A stretch of DNA of 62,331 bases. Origin: Verrucomicrobiales bacterium (GTDB taxonomy: Bacteria > Verrucomicrobiota > Verrucomicrobiia > Verrucomicrobiales > SLCJ01). Both the position numbers and the translations under genes were made by a program. Within the stretch, counting starts at the first letter, position 1, and each line of letters opens with the position of its first letter. The notes under the pieces were generated by a model. The model had not been told where the DNA came from. It made no database searches and saw only the letters and a list, made by a program, of their open reading frames with translations. The stretch covers positions 1-62,331 of the forward strand of contig JBJTQJ010000010.1 in assembly GCA_046075565.1 (NCBI GenBank). Reading direction: 5' to 3'. Positions 8,866 through 18,359 of the stretch are shown in pieces.

Positions 8866-9848
8866 TTCTATCCCTTCAGCGCTTTTCCATCCTCTGCCCG
8901 GCGGTCATTCTGCTAACATCTCTTTTCGCCGTTCCCGCCCGCGCGCAGGTGGATCTCTCCATCACCACGGAAAAGAACGAATATGTCCCCTATGAGGCGG
9001 TCATGGTGAACGTGAGCATAACCAATCGCTCCGGGCGTCCCATTCTCATGGCATCAACCGATGGGGTTGCGCCGTGGGTCAAATTCGTGGTCACCAACGA
9101 GAAGGGCGAAAACCTGCCTCGCGTCGCCGAACCACCGCCACTCCCTCCGCTCCAACTCCGCCCCGGGCAAAGTATCTCCCAGCAATTCATGGTCAATGCA
9201 ACCTACCCGATGATCGCCTTCGGGGGCTATTCCATCCAAGCCAGTGTCTGGGTGCCGCCGGATCGTGCCTATGCGTCTTCGAACAAAATCCGGGTGAATG
9301 TGATCGGTGCGCGGGAGATTTGGTCGAGCGCCTTCGCCGTGCCCGCCGGAAGACCTGATGGCGGAGGCACGAGCCGCATCTTCCGTCTGCTCAAGCTCCG
9401 CGCCATCGACAAACAAATCATGTATGTGCGTCTGGACGACAGGGCGAGCGGAGAGGTGCTCGCCTGTTTTCCCGCTGGCAATAGCCTCGATTTCCGCGAA
9501 CCGAGTTACACCATCGATGGGGATGGCAACTTGCACCTCCTCCATCTCGTGGACCGCGAACTCTATCAGCACGTGGTGGTGGACTCGTCCGGGAAACTGC
9601 TCAACGTGGATAACCACCTCGAGGTGGGCGGTAGCCGACCAGTGCTCGCAGCGGCTCAGAACAATTCAATTGGAGTGCTCGGCGGACGACTTTTCGATCC
9701 GGAAGTCGAGCGCATCCGCCGCATGAGCGTGCGCAAACTTTCGGAACGCCCGAGCGGTCTCTCCGAGTTGTTAGGCGGCCCACCGCCTCCGGTTGCCCCC
9801 GGCGGGGATCCGAACTACCGCCCGATGCAACCCGAACGCTCCCGTTGA
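8862..9848 (+). CDS. Secreted hypothetical protein (Ig-like/beta-rich)
   Basis: Signal peptide ending PARA-Q; ATGA overlap with the upstream stop. Confidence 0.7.
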   Translation: MILSLQRFSILCPAVILLTSLFAVPARAQVDLSITTEKNEYVPYEAVMVNVSITNRSGRPILMASTDGVAPWVKFVVTNEKGENLPRVAEPPPLPPLQLRPGQSISQQFMVNATYPMIAFGGYSIQASVWVPPDRAYASSNKIRVNVIGAREIWSSAFAVPAGRPDGGGTSRIFRLLKLRAIDKQIMYVRLDDRASGEVLACFPAGNSLDFREPSYTIDGDGNLHLLHLVDRELYQHVVVDSSGKLLNVDNHLEVGGSRPVLAAAQNNSIGVLGGRLFDPEVERIRRMSVRKLSERPSGLSELLGGPPPPVAPGGDPNYRPMQPERSR

Positions 9849-9850
9849 AC

Positions 9851-10474
9851 ATGCGGAATTTCCGAATCCTTCTCGCCCTCCTGTTCGCGCTCGCGTTCCC
9901 CGGATATTCCTCGGCGGCCGGTTTCCGCACGGTTGTCATCGATGCGGGTCACGGTGCTCACGATCTGGGTCAGGGTGTTGGCGGGGTTTATGAAAAGTGG
10001 ATGGCCCTCGATGTTTCCCTGAGGCTCGAAAGATACCTCAAGGCCAAGGGAGTCAAGACGGTGATGACACGCCGCTCGGATGTCTACATTGGCTTGGACC
10101 AACGCGCCGCCCTCGCCAACCGCTACGCCAAAGATTCGGTATTTGTCAGCGTGCACTTCAACGGCGCAAAAAATACCGATGCGCACGGACTGGAAACATT
10201 CTACTACAACCGCAGCGGCTACGAGCTGGCCGCGCGGGTGCACCGGAGGAAGATCGCAGCACTCAGAGGAGTGGACCGGGGTGTGAAATTCGCACGTTTC
10301 CACGTGCTGAGAAACACCAAACAGGCCGCCATCCTCGTCGAAGGAGGCTTCCTCACCAACGCAACCGAACGGAAACAAATCGCCACCGGCCCGTATCGCC
10401 AGGCCTTGGCAGAAGCCATCGGACAAGGTATTCTCGACTATCAGGCTGCGTTGAAGAAAGGCGTGGCACGTTAA
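9851..10474 (+). CDS. N-acetylmuramoyl-L-alanine amidase (Amidase_3)
   Basis: Signal peptide, VVIDAGHG, EK, FVSVHFNG, ILVEGGFLTN zinc-amidase motifs. Confidence 0.93.
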   Translation: MRNFRILLALLFALAFPGYSSAAGFRTVVIDAGHGAHDLGQGVGGVYEKWMALDVSLRLERYLKAKGVKTVMTRRSDVYIGLDQRAALANRYAKDSVFVSVHFNGAKNTDAHGLETFYYNRSGYELAARVHRRKIAALRGVDRGVKFARFHVLRNTKQAAILVEGGFLTNATERKQIATGPYRQALAEAIGQGILDYQAALKKGVAR

Positions 10475-10488
10475 CCAGTTTTCTTCCC

Positions 10489-12012
10489 ATGTTTCCCGAC
10501 CCGGTCCAGACGCGCGCCCGCGAACGGGCCATCTTCGATGGGAATCCCGGGATGGAAGCCGCCACGCTCGCCGAAGCCGGCCTAGGTCTCGCCCGTGTGC
10601 TCGCTTGTCATTTCCCGACGCCGGGCACTCTTTTTGTTTTCGCCGGATCCGGCCACAATGGTGCGGATGCTTTGTTAGGCGCACGACACCTGCTTGGCAA
10701 AGAATGGAAAGTCGAAGCCTGTCTCATGCGCACGCCCGGGAAATCCCCTGCCCCGGCGACCACGGCCGCCATGGAGGCACTAACTCAAGATGGAGTGGGA
10801 ATTATCGGCGTGGAAGCCACTCCGAATCCGTCGTTGCCACGCCCATGGGTCGTGCTCGATGGACTCTGCGGCATCGGCGCACGTTTGCCGCTCGAAGGTG
10901 ACTCCGCCACCGCCGCGCGGACGATCAACAGGCTTCGCGAATACCACGGAGCGTCTGTCGTCGCGGTGGACATGCCGAGTGGACTTGACGGCTCGACCGG
11001 CGAGGCCACCGAACCATGTGTAACCGCCGATTTGACCGTAACCATGGCGGTGGTAAAGCGGGGACTTGTGCTCGCACCCGCATCCACGGGAAGACTCGCA
11101 CTGCTTCCCATTGCCAGCCTTCCCATTTTCCAAGCACCCGGAGAACCCGAGGAATGTCTCGTCACCTCGGAAATGCTCGGCCCGTGGTTGCCCCCGCGCC
11201 CGCATGATCTCCATAAGGGCACGGCGGGAAAAATCGCCATCATCGCCGGTTCTCCGGGCATGACCGGAGCGCCCGCCCTCGCTGCCATGGGAGCGATGCA
11301 TGGCGGCGCCGGGCTGGTTCATGTCTTTTGCTCGCCGGACTCCTTGGACGAAGTTGCCAAAAGCTGCCCGCCGGAAATCATGGTTCGCCCGTGGCCGAAA
11401 AGCGGACTGGCCTCGTTTCCCGGCGCGGATTTCGACGCCATTGCCATCGGTCCCGGTATCGGTCGCCAGCATGATGCAAGCCTGCCCGGTTTCGTCCGCC
11501 ATTGTCCCGTGCCTCTTCTGATCGATGCCGATGCGCTCAATGGGCTCGCCTTGCAGTCCGGCCAAGCACTTCCCTTCATGGAAAATCCCCCGGCCGGGCG
11601 ACTGATCACTCCCCATCCCGGCGAATTCGCCCGCCTCGCTCCCGACCTCGCAGGGCTGCCTCGCCCGCAGGCGGCTCAGGAATTTTCACGGCGTTTCCCC
11701 GGATGCACATTGCTTTTGAAGGGACCCCGCACGATTGTCAGCCGTCACGGCGCCCCCGTGGCGTATAACCAAACAGGCAACTCCGGTCTGGCCAGCGGAG
11801 GATCCGGCGACGTGCTCGCCGGCCTCGGTGCCGCCTTGCTCGCGAGACTGTCCGACCCATGGATGGCCGGATGTGCAGCCGCCTGGCTGCACGGACGAGC
11901 CGCCGAACTCGCCATCAAAAATGGAAACGAAACCACCGAATCTCTCCTCGCCTCCACCACCGCCCGCTTCCTGGGGCCATCATGGTTATCCCTCCGCCAG
12001 CGGGATCCCTGA
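10489..12012 (+). CDS. nnr: Bifunctional NAD(P)H-hydrate epimerase/dehydratase
   Basis: GSGHNGAD, DGLCGIG, AVDMPSG (epimerase); HKG, IGPGIG, IDADAL, TPHPGEF, GGSGDVLAG (dehydratase). Confidence 0.92.
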   Translation: MFPDPVQTRARERAIFDGNPGMEAATLAEAGLGLARVLACHFPTPGTLFVFAGSGHNGADALLGARHLLGKEWKVEACLMRTPGKSPAPATTAAMEALTQDGVGIIGVEATPNPSLPRPWVVLDGLCGIGARLPLEGDSATAARTINRLREYHGASVVAVDMPSGLDGSTGEATEPCVTADLTVTMAVVKRGLVLAPASTGRLALLPIASLPIFQAPGEPEECLVTSEMLGPWLPPRPHDLHKGTAGKIAIIAGSPGMTGAPALAAMGAMHGGAGLVHVFCSPDSLDEVAKSCPPEIMVRPWPKSGLASFPGADFDAIAIGPGIGRQHDASLPGFVRHCPVPLLIDADALNGLALQSGQALPFMENPPAGRLITPHPGEFARLAPDLAGLPRPQAAQEFSRRFPGCTLLLKGPRTIVSRHGAPVAYNQTGNSGLASGGSGDVLAGLGAALLARLSDPWMAGCAAAWLHGRAAELAIKNGNETTESLLASTTARFLGPSWLSLRQRDP

Positions 12013-13051
12013 AAAGAAATCACGCTCGGCGTGGCCGTTCCTTGGATGTGGCTGCCTCGTCCTCGTGCTGGTGCTCGGTGTCGTTTTTATCGGCGGATTT
12101 TTCAAACTCGTGGGCTCGGCCATGCAATCGGGCATCAGTTCGGCCACGTTCACCACCGACGACTCGATTCGTATCCAGGAAAAAACCGTCGTCCGTGGTT
12201 CCGCCGATCGGATCGTGCAGATCGATCTGGAGGGCGTGATTACGGGTGCCACCCGCGGCAGTGGCGGGTCGATGGTCGAGGACCTGCAAAACCAACTCAA
12301 AAAGGCCATCGCCGACAACAAGGTGAAGGCCATCGTGGTGCGTATCAACTCGCCTGGCGGTGAAGTGACCGCCTCCGATCGCCTCCACCACATCATCCAG
12401 GAAGCCAACAAAGTAAAGCCCGTGGTCGCCTACATGGACACCATCGCTGCTTCCGGAGGTTACTATGCCGCCTGCGGGGCCCGGAAAATCATGGCACATC
12501 CGACCACCCTGACCGGATCCATCGGGGTGATCATCGCCGGCATCGACTACTCTGAATTGTTAGGAAAAGTCGGTGTCTCCATGGATGCCTACAAGAGCGG
12601 CAAGTTCAAGGACATGCTCTCGGGAGCCCGCCCCCCGACGGATGAAGAAAAGGCCTATGTCAATGCCATGGTGCGCGAAACCTACGAGCGCTTCCTCGAA
12701 GTAGTCTCCGCCTCCCGGGGAAAACCCGTCGATCAACTGCGTGATTCCGATGTCGCCGACGGACGCATCTACTCCGGCACGGTCGCCAAGGAGAAAGGCA
12801 TGGTCGATGCCACCGGTTTCATCGAAGACGCCTATGCCGAAGCGATGAACCTAGCCGGCATCAGGGATGCCACGATCATCCGCTACCATCCCCAATTCGG
12901 ACTTTTTTCGGCCCTCGGGCTCATGTCGACCGAAGCCGCCAAGAGCAGCCCGGCGCGTGTCGAATTGGATGTCTCGAACCGCCTGCTCCCGCGCTTGACC
13001 CCCGGCGTGCCCTACTACCTGCACTTGCCCGCGGCCACTGGAGAAGAATGA
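11921..13051 (+). CDS. sppA: Signal peptide peptidase SppA (S49)
   Basis: TM helix, INSPGG, AASGGYY, TGSIGVI, KSGKFKD; start METKPP overlaps the nnr 3' end. Confidence 0.92.
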   Translation: METKPPNLSSPPPPPASWGHHGYPSASGIPEKKSRSAWPFLGCGCLVLVLVLGVVFIGGFFKLVGSAMQSGISSATFTTDDSIRIQEKTVVRGSADRIVQIDLEGVITGATRGSGGSMVEDLQNQLKKAIADNKVKAIVVRINSPGGEVTASDRLHHIIQEANKVKPVVAYMDTIAASGGYYAACGARKIMAHPTTLTGSIGVIIAGIDYSELLGKVGVSMDAYKSGKFKDMLSGARPPTDEEKAYVNAMVRETYERFLEVVSASRGKPVDQLRDSDVADGRIYSGTVAKEKGMVDATGFIEDAYAEAMNLAGIRDATIIRYHPQFGLFSALGLMSTEAAKSSPARVELDVSNRLLPRLTPGVPYYLHLPAATGEE

Positions 13052-13054
13052 GCC

Positions 13055-13414
13055 ATGCTGCCGAGCCGGAAAATTTTCATCGGGTCCACCGCCCTCGTCA
13101 CGAGCATCGCGCTGCAACTCCTCGGCATGGTCGGGGAACAAAAAGTGCGTGATGCCATCAAAAGCGCCTCACAAGTGCAGGACAACGTGGACGGTTTGAC
13201 CATGAGCACCATCTCCGTAGAAGCGATGGCCGCCCGCGCGCGGGAACTCGAGGGCACCGTGCGCTACATCGCCGCGGGGGGCACGGTCGCGATGATTCTC
13301 GGCATTCTCGGCCTGTTGCTCCTCCTAACCGGACTTTACCAACTGGCCATCTTGGTGGAAAGTAGGGAGCCGCGCTCCGACGCGGACTCCACCCGCCCCG
13401 GATCCCCGCTTTGA
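13055..13414 (+). CDS. Small two-TM membrane protein
   Basis: Two hydrophobic segments; tightly packed between sppA and the CPBP gene. Confidence 0.6.
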   Translation: MLPSRKIFIGSTALVTSIALQLLGMVGEQKVRDAIKSASQVQDNVDGLTMSTISVEAMAARARELEGTVRYIAAGGTVAMILGILGLLLLLTGLYQLAILVESREPRSDADSTRPGSPL

Positions 13415-14232
13415 ACGCCGCCAGCCAAGCCATCTTCACCGACACCTTCAATTTCGCCCTGCTCCTGCTGGCGATTGGGCTTGTCGGTTACGCGCTTCTC
13501 CGCCGGTCCGGGACCACGCTCGCCTTCGAACGCGCCGGAAATGTCTGGACGACCCCGTTTTCTGGGCTCGACCTGATTGTGGTTGTTCTTCTTATCCTCG
13601 CCTTCCGGGCCATGGCCTTGCACTACACCGGCCCGAGCCCCGACACCACTTATACCCCGGCATCGATTCTGCAAGGCAGCTTTCTTTTTGTTATTCTGGC
13701 CGGTTGCCTGCTGCTCGCGCTCGGGATCCGGCGTGTTCCTTTCTCGGAATTGTTCGGGCTCAACCGCCTCGGTGCCGGCGCCATGACCGCATGGATTGTG
13801 TTGGGTGTCATCGGTTGTATTGCCATCACCCAAGGAGCCGCGTGGCTTTGGAAACACCATGTGCTGACCCCGGAATGGCTCTCCACCGGCGACCAGACGG
13901 CCGTTCGCCTGTTGCGCGAGTCCCCGGACCTCGGATTGCGGCTCGCCATCGCGATCGTCGCGTGCGTTTTGCAACCGGTCACGGAGGAAGTCATCTTCCG
14001 GGGGTATGTCTACCCCGCCATCAAACGCCACACCGACCGGCCCTTCGCCGCGCTGGTGAGTGCCATCGTCTTCGCTGCGCTACATTTTCATGTGCCCACC
14101 CTCGGGCCGCTTTTTGTTTTCGGCCTCCTGCTCGTGATCAGCTACGAGTTGAGCGGGTCGCTCTGGGTTCCCATCGGCATCCATGCCCTTTTCAACACCA
14201 CCACCGTCGTGCTCCAGGTCCTCCCCCAGTGA
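13411..14232 (+). CDS. CPBP (CAAX/Abi) intramembrane glutamic protease
   Basis: PVTEEVIFRG, FAALH, HALFN motifs; multiple TM helices. Confidence 0.92.
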   Translation: MNAASQAIFTDTFNFALLLLAIGLVGYALLRRSGTTLAFERAGNVWTTPFSGLDLIVVVLLILAFRAMALHYTGPSPDTTYTPASILQGSFLFVILAGCLLLALGIRRVPFSELFGLNRLGAGAMTAWIVLGVIGCIAITQGAAWLWKHHVLTPEWLSTGDQTAVRLLRESPDLGLRLAIAIVACVLQPVTEEVIFRGYVYPAIKRHTDRPFAALVSAIVFAALHFHVPTLGPLFVFGLLLVISYELSGSLWVPIGIHALFNTTTVVLQVLPQ

Positions 14233-14253
14233 GCGCCGCGCCATTTCCACCAA

Positions 14254-15213
14254 ATGATCGAATACCTGAAAATCTGGCGCATTGAGCACTGGTTGAAGAA
14301 TATCTTCATCGTCTTCGGCCATGCCGTGGCCATCGTGCTTTTCCATCAGCTCGATTGGACCGGCCCCATGCTCGGCACGGCCACACTCTCCCTCATCCCG
14401 GCCTGCCTCATCGCCTCCGCGAACTACATCCTCAACGAGATCCTCGACGCGCCCTTCGATCGCCTGCATCCCACGAAAAAACTCCGCGGCATCCCGGCCG
14501 GGAAAGTCAAAGTGGCATGGCTGTGGTGGCATTTCGCCGGACTCATCGCCGTCGGATTCGCCCTCGCCTGGTGGTGGTTCCCCAATCCCGGTTACATCAT
14601 CGCCCTCGCCCTCCTGCTGATCAGCGGACTCGTCTACAACATCCCGCCCGTCCGGCTCAAAGACCGCGCCTTTCTCGATGTCATCGCCGAGTCGTTCAAC
14701 AATCCCGTTCGCCTCTGGCTCGGTTGGTATGCCCTCATGCCGGCGCACGTGCTCGCCGCACCGCCCATCTCCATCACCATGGCCTGGTGGTTCTTCGGAG
14801 CCCTGCTCATGACCGGCAAACGCTACGCCGAATTCCGCTTCATCGGGGATCAGGAAGTGAGCGGACGTTATCGGAAATCTTTCAAAACTTACGACGCCAA
14901 CAAGTTGATCATCGCGATGATCACCTATGCCAACCTCTTCTGCTTCTGCACCGGCATCGCCATGGCCACCTACCGTGAGCTGAACAACCTCGTGCTCGTT
15001 TTCCCGATGATTGTGCTCGCCGTCATCGCCTACTTCCACCACGCCATGAGCGAAACCGGCGCCCGTCTCGAACCGGAAAAACTCCTCCAGAACAAAGGTG
15101 TCGTCGCCTGCACCTTGCTCACCGCCATCGCCGCGGTCTGGTTGCTACATGCCCACAAATCCGGCACCTTCGAGGTCCGCGACGCCCTCAAGCTCATGCA
15201 GCCGAGGTGGTGA
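14254..15213 (+). CDS. UbiA-family prenyltransferase (polyprenyl-phosphate phosphoribosyltransferase-like)
   Basis: HWLKN, SANYILNEILDAPFDRLHPTKK, GKRYAE; polytopic membrane protein. Confidence 0.85.
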   Translation: MIEYLKIWRIEHWLKNIFIVFGHAVAIVLFHQLDWTGPMLGTATLSLIPACLIASANYILNEILDAPFDRLHPTKKLRGIPAGKVKVAWLWWHFAGLIAVGFALAWWWFPNPGYIIALALLLISGLVYNIPPVRLKDRAFLDVIAESFNNPVRLWLGWYALMPAHVLAAPPISITMAWWFFGALLMTGKRYAEFRFIGDQEVSGRYRKSFKTYDANKLIIAMITYANLFCFCTGIAMATYRELNNLVLVFPMIVLAVIAYFHHAMSETGARLEPEKLLQNKGVVACTLLTAIAAVWLLHAHKSGTFEVRDALKLMQPRW

Positions 15214-15336
15214 GAGCGCGGGATAACATATTCGATTGCGCAGATTTCATTTTAGATATCCGATTTCTGGCAAAAAGATAACCATGGGAATTTGCTAGAC
15301 CCCTTCGAGGTTAGTCATCTCGCTGGGGTTCTTCTA

Positions 15337-16033
15337 TCCCGAAGGGATTGTGTCCCAGAGCCCGGGGTTGCTCCGTGCTCGGGGCTACCCCGGGAGTTCC
15401 AGACCAAATAGCATCAACCCTGAAAGGGTTGTGCCCCCTTTGGACGCAACCATTTCAGCGTCCATAACCGATAGATAGCGGAACAATGCTACCGGGAAGT
15501 TGGTCTGGTGAAACACGCCGCCGCATCCGCTATTGGTTGCTTGGCGCGGGCGGGAGAAAGCCATACCCCGATTGTCCCAGCGTCTGAAACGTCAGGCGAA
15601 AGCTCTCGGGTCCGACCACGACCAATCAACGAGTCAGATCAATCGACAGGCAGGGACCGCTGTCCCAGCGGTCCGTGAGATCGTGAGGCCGGGGAAACCG
15701 CCAAAGCATGGTGGTTCTCCCCCCGCGGACGTTTGGGGACAAACGTCCCTGCCTTAGTCGTTCGGAGAGAGCGGCCTAGAGGAGGGATCGTCTGGTTGGT
15801 CGGCTCGTAAGGGCGATAGAGGATCTTACCCCAGAGCGATGGAGGAACCACCGCAGTCCCAGAGCCTCCGGCGGATGGGGGAGGAGCCGCGGGAAAACTT
15901 GAGAGAGATGCGTAAGACGAGCCCTTGTGTTGGAGTGCGCCGACATCGGCGGCGCTTTCAGAGGCGGAGCGGCCTCATACCGCCGGTTTGGCACTAGAAA
16001 CAGGCTTTGGGGCAGAACCCCGTTGGGGTTCAA
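15337..16033. repeat. Composite cluster of REP-like modules (module A 15641-15767, module B 15765-15925, CCCnnnGGG-type hairpins at about 15337, 15416 and 16015)
   Basis: Near-identical copies at 54529-54655 (direct) and 54211-54505 (inverted); expanded copy at 18043-18272. Confidence 0.88.
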
Positions 16034-16092
16034 TGGAGGAAAAGGCTTGCCCGGGACCCGGGATGCGATTATTTAAGGAATCCGAAACAACC

Positions 16093-17955
16093 ATGGCCAG
16101 CAAACCGACCATCCCCGGCTACACCGAAGACCATATCCGCTCGCTCGACTGGCGGGAGCATATCCGCATGCGCCCGGGCATGTATATCGGGAAACTCGGT
16201 GACGGTTCCTCCTCCGATGATGGGATGTATATCCTCCTCAAGGAGGTGCTCGACAACGCCGTGGACGAACACATCATGGGCCACGGGAAGGAGGTTGAAA
16301 TCGAGATCGACGACGAGGGCCGGGTGGAAGTGCGCGACTTCGGTCGGGGCATCCCCTTGGGCAAACTGATGGACTGCGCGGCCAAGATCAACACGGGCGC
16401 AAAATACGACAGCGAGGCCTTCAAGAAGTCGGTCGGGTTAAACGGGGTCGGCATCAAGGCCGTCAACGCCCTTTCCTCGTTTTTCGAAATTCAGGCCTGG
16501 CGCGACGGGCAGACCAAGGCCATCGAATTCGCCCAAGGCGAGGTGGCCGAGGAAATGAAAAATCCACGTCTTGATGGCGGGACGAATGGCACGCGGGTCG
16601 CCTTCGACATCGACCGGAGCATCTTCCCGGTCAAAACCAAATGGCGGCACGATCTGGTGGAAAAGATGTGCCGTTACTATTCCTATCTGAATCCCGGGCT
16701 CACGCTCAAGTTCAATGGCCAGCGTTTCCGCTCGAAGGACGGCCTGCTCGATCTGCTCAAAGAAGAGATGGATGAGGAACCGCTATACCCGGCGGTGCAG
16801 TTGATCGGCAAGGATATCGAAATCGCCTTTACCCACGGGGCCGAAAGCGCGGAAGAATGTTATTCCTTCGTCAATGGCCAGAACACCAGCCAGGGAGGGA
16901 CCCACCTCGCCGCCTTCCGCGAAGCCGTGGTGAATACGCTGCGGACTTTCTTCAAAAAGCAGTATGACCCGCAGGACATCCGGGCCGGCATGTGGGCGGC
17001 GGTATCCGTGCGCATCGAGGAACCGGTTTTCGAAAGCCAGACGAAGACGAAACTCGGCTCGGCGACCGTGAGCCCCGATGGCGAGACCATCCGGACTTTC
17101 ATAGGAAATTTCCTCAAAGAGCAACTCGACAACTATCTGCACAAACACCCGCAGGTCGCCGAGGCAATGCAGAAGCGCATCAATGCCGCCGAACGCGAGC
17201 GCAAGGAACTGAGCGGCGTGAAGAAATTGGCCCGCGACCGTGCCCGCCAGACGAAATTGCATAACAAGAAGCTGCGCGACTGCCGTGCCCACCTCGACAC
17301 GCGCCACAAACGCCGGCTCGAGACGACGGTCTTTATCACCGAAGGCGACAGCGCCAGCGGGTCCATTACCAAAAGCCGCGATGTGGAAACGCAGGCCGTC
17401 TTCTCCTTGCGCGGCAAACCTCTCAATTGTTTCGGACTCACCCGCAAAGTGGTCTATGAGAACGAGGAGTTCGCATTACTTCAGGCCGCACTCAATGTGG
17501 AGGAAGGTTTGGAAGGCCTCCGTTACCAGAACGTCGTCATCGCCACCGATGCCGACGTGGACGGCATGCATATCCGCTTGCTGTTGCTCACCTTCTTCCT
17601 CCAGTTCTTCCCTGAACTGGTGCGCGAGGGCCATTTGCATATTCTCCAAACACCGCTCTTCCGCGTGCGGAATAAAAAGGAAACATTCTATTGTTATACC
17701 GAAGAAGAACGCGTGGCCGCCATCGCCAAATTGGGCAAGTCGGCGGAGATCACACGATTCAAAGGATTGGGCGAAATTTCACCGGATGAATTCAAATTCA
17801 TGATCGGGCCTGACATCCGCTTGGATCCCGTGCGTATGGAGGAAGGAAAAAGTCTCAAGGAAATGCTCGCCTTCTACATGGGCAAGAACACACCCGAACG
17901 CCAGGAATTCATCATCGAGCACCTGCGCGAAGATGTGGACCGGCAAGTGGCTTGA
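16093..17955 (+). CDS. parE: Type IIA topoisomerase B subunit, ParE-like
   Basis: [65 protein letters not shown]; 620 aa. Confidence 0.88.
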   Translation: MASKPTIPGYTEDHIRSLDWREHIRMRPGMYIGKLGDGSSSDDGMYILLKEVLDNAVDEHIMGHGKEVEIEIDDEGRVEVRDFGRGIPLGKLMDCAAKINTGAKYDSEAFKKSVGLNGVGIKAVNALSSFFEIQAWRDGQTKAIEFAQGEVAEEMKNPRLDGGTNGTRVAFDIDRSIFPVKTKWRHDLVEKMCRYYSYLNPGLTLKFNGQRFRSKDGLLDLLKEEMDEEPLYPAVQLIGKDIEIAFTHGAESAEECYSFVNGQNTSQGGTHLAAFREAVVNTLRTFFKKQYDPQDIRAGMWAAVSVRIEEPVFESQTKTKLGSATVSPDGETIRTFIGNFLKEQLDNYLHKHPQVAEAMQKRINAAERERKELSGVKKLARDRARQTKLHNKKLRDCRAHLDTRHKRRLETTVFITEGDSASGSITKSRDVETQAVFSLRGKPLNCFGLTRKVVYENEEFALLQAALNVEEGLEGLRYQNVVIATDADVDGMHIRLLLLTFFLQFFPELVREGHLHILQTPLFRVRNKKETFYCYTEEERVAAIAKLGKSAEITRFKGLGEISPDEFKFMIGPDIRLDPVRMEEGKSLKEMLAFYMGKNTPERQEFIIEHLREDVDRQVA

Positions 17956-17971
17956 GCGAGAGGAGTCTTAT

Positions 17972-18272
17972 GTAGCAAGAGCGTCTCGCTCTTGCCGTGG
18001 CGTGAGCCGACTCCTCGTAAAAACGCATCCGTCCATTCCACCGGCAGGGACCGCTGTCCCCAGCGGTCCGTGAGATCGCGAGGCGACTGCAGTCGCGAAG
18101 GTGTGGAGAAAGTTGTTTGGAGTGTGCCACCGGCATCTTGCCGGTGGTCGTTGGAGGACGAAACAGGCGGGACGCCTGTTTTACACTCCAGAGCAGTAGG
18201 TCGAGGCTCAAGGGGTATAGCAGCCCTTACCCCGCGGACGTTTAGGGACAAACGTCCCTGCCTTGGTCGTTC
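17972..18272. repeat. GTAG-type REP (17972-17996) plus expanded module A (18043-18272) containing a nested REP doublet (18118-18190)
   Basis: Ends GGCAGGGACCGCTGTCCCCAGCGGTCCG and CGGACGTTTAGGGACAAACGTCCCTGCC match 15649-15753. Confidence 0.85.
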
Positions 18273-18359
18273 CAAGGATAGCGCCGAACCGGGCTGAACA
18301 TCCCATCAATCGTTGCAATATCCGCGATACAACATCAGAGTGATGGCGAGACTTTTTTC

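Noticed and set aside
9997-10488. Long N-terminal extensions in the ORF track (nnr, also aroC, murI, parE, oxoprolinase)
   Set aside because: The extensions overlap neighbouring genes or repeats; family motifs begin at the downstream starts used here
15533-15851. Short ORFs in repeat regions (also 17874-18297 and 54029-54661)
   Set aside because: They are translations of the palindromic repeat modules and share peptide text only for that reason
15337-16033. Possible CRISPR array or ncRNA gene
   Set aside because: No regularly spaced identical repeats with unique spacers and no cas genes; the pattern fits dispersed palindromic repeats
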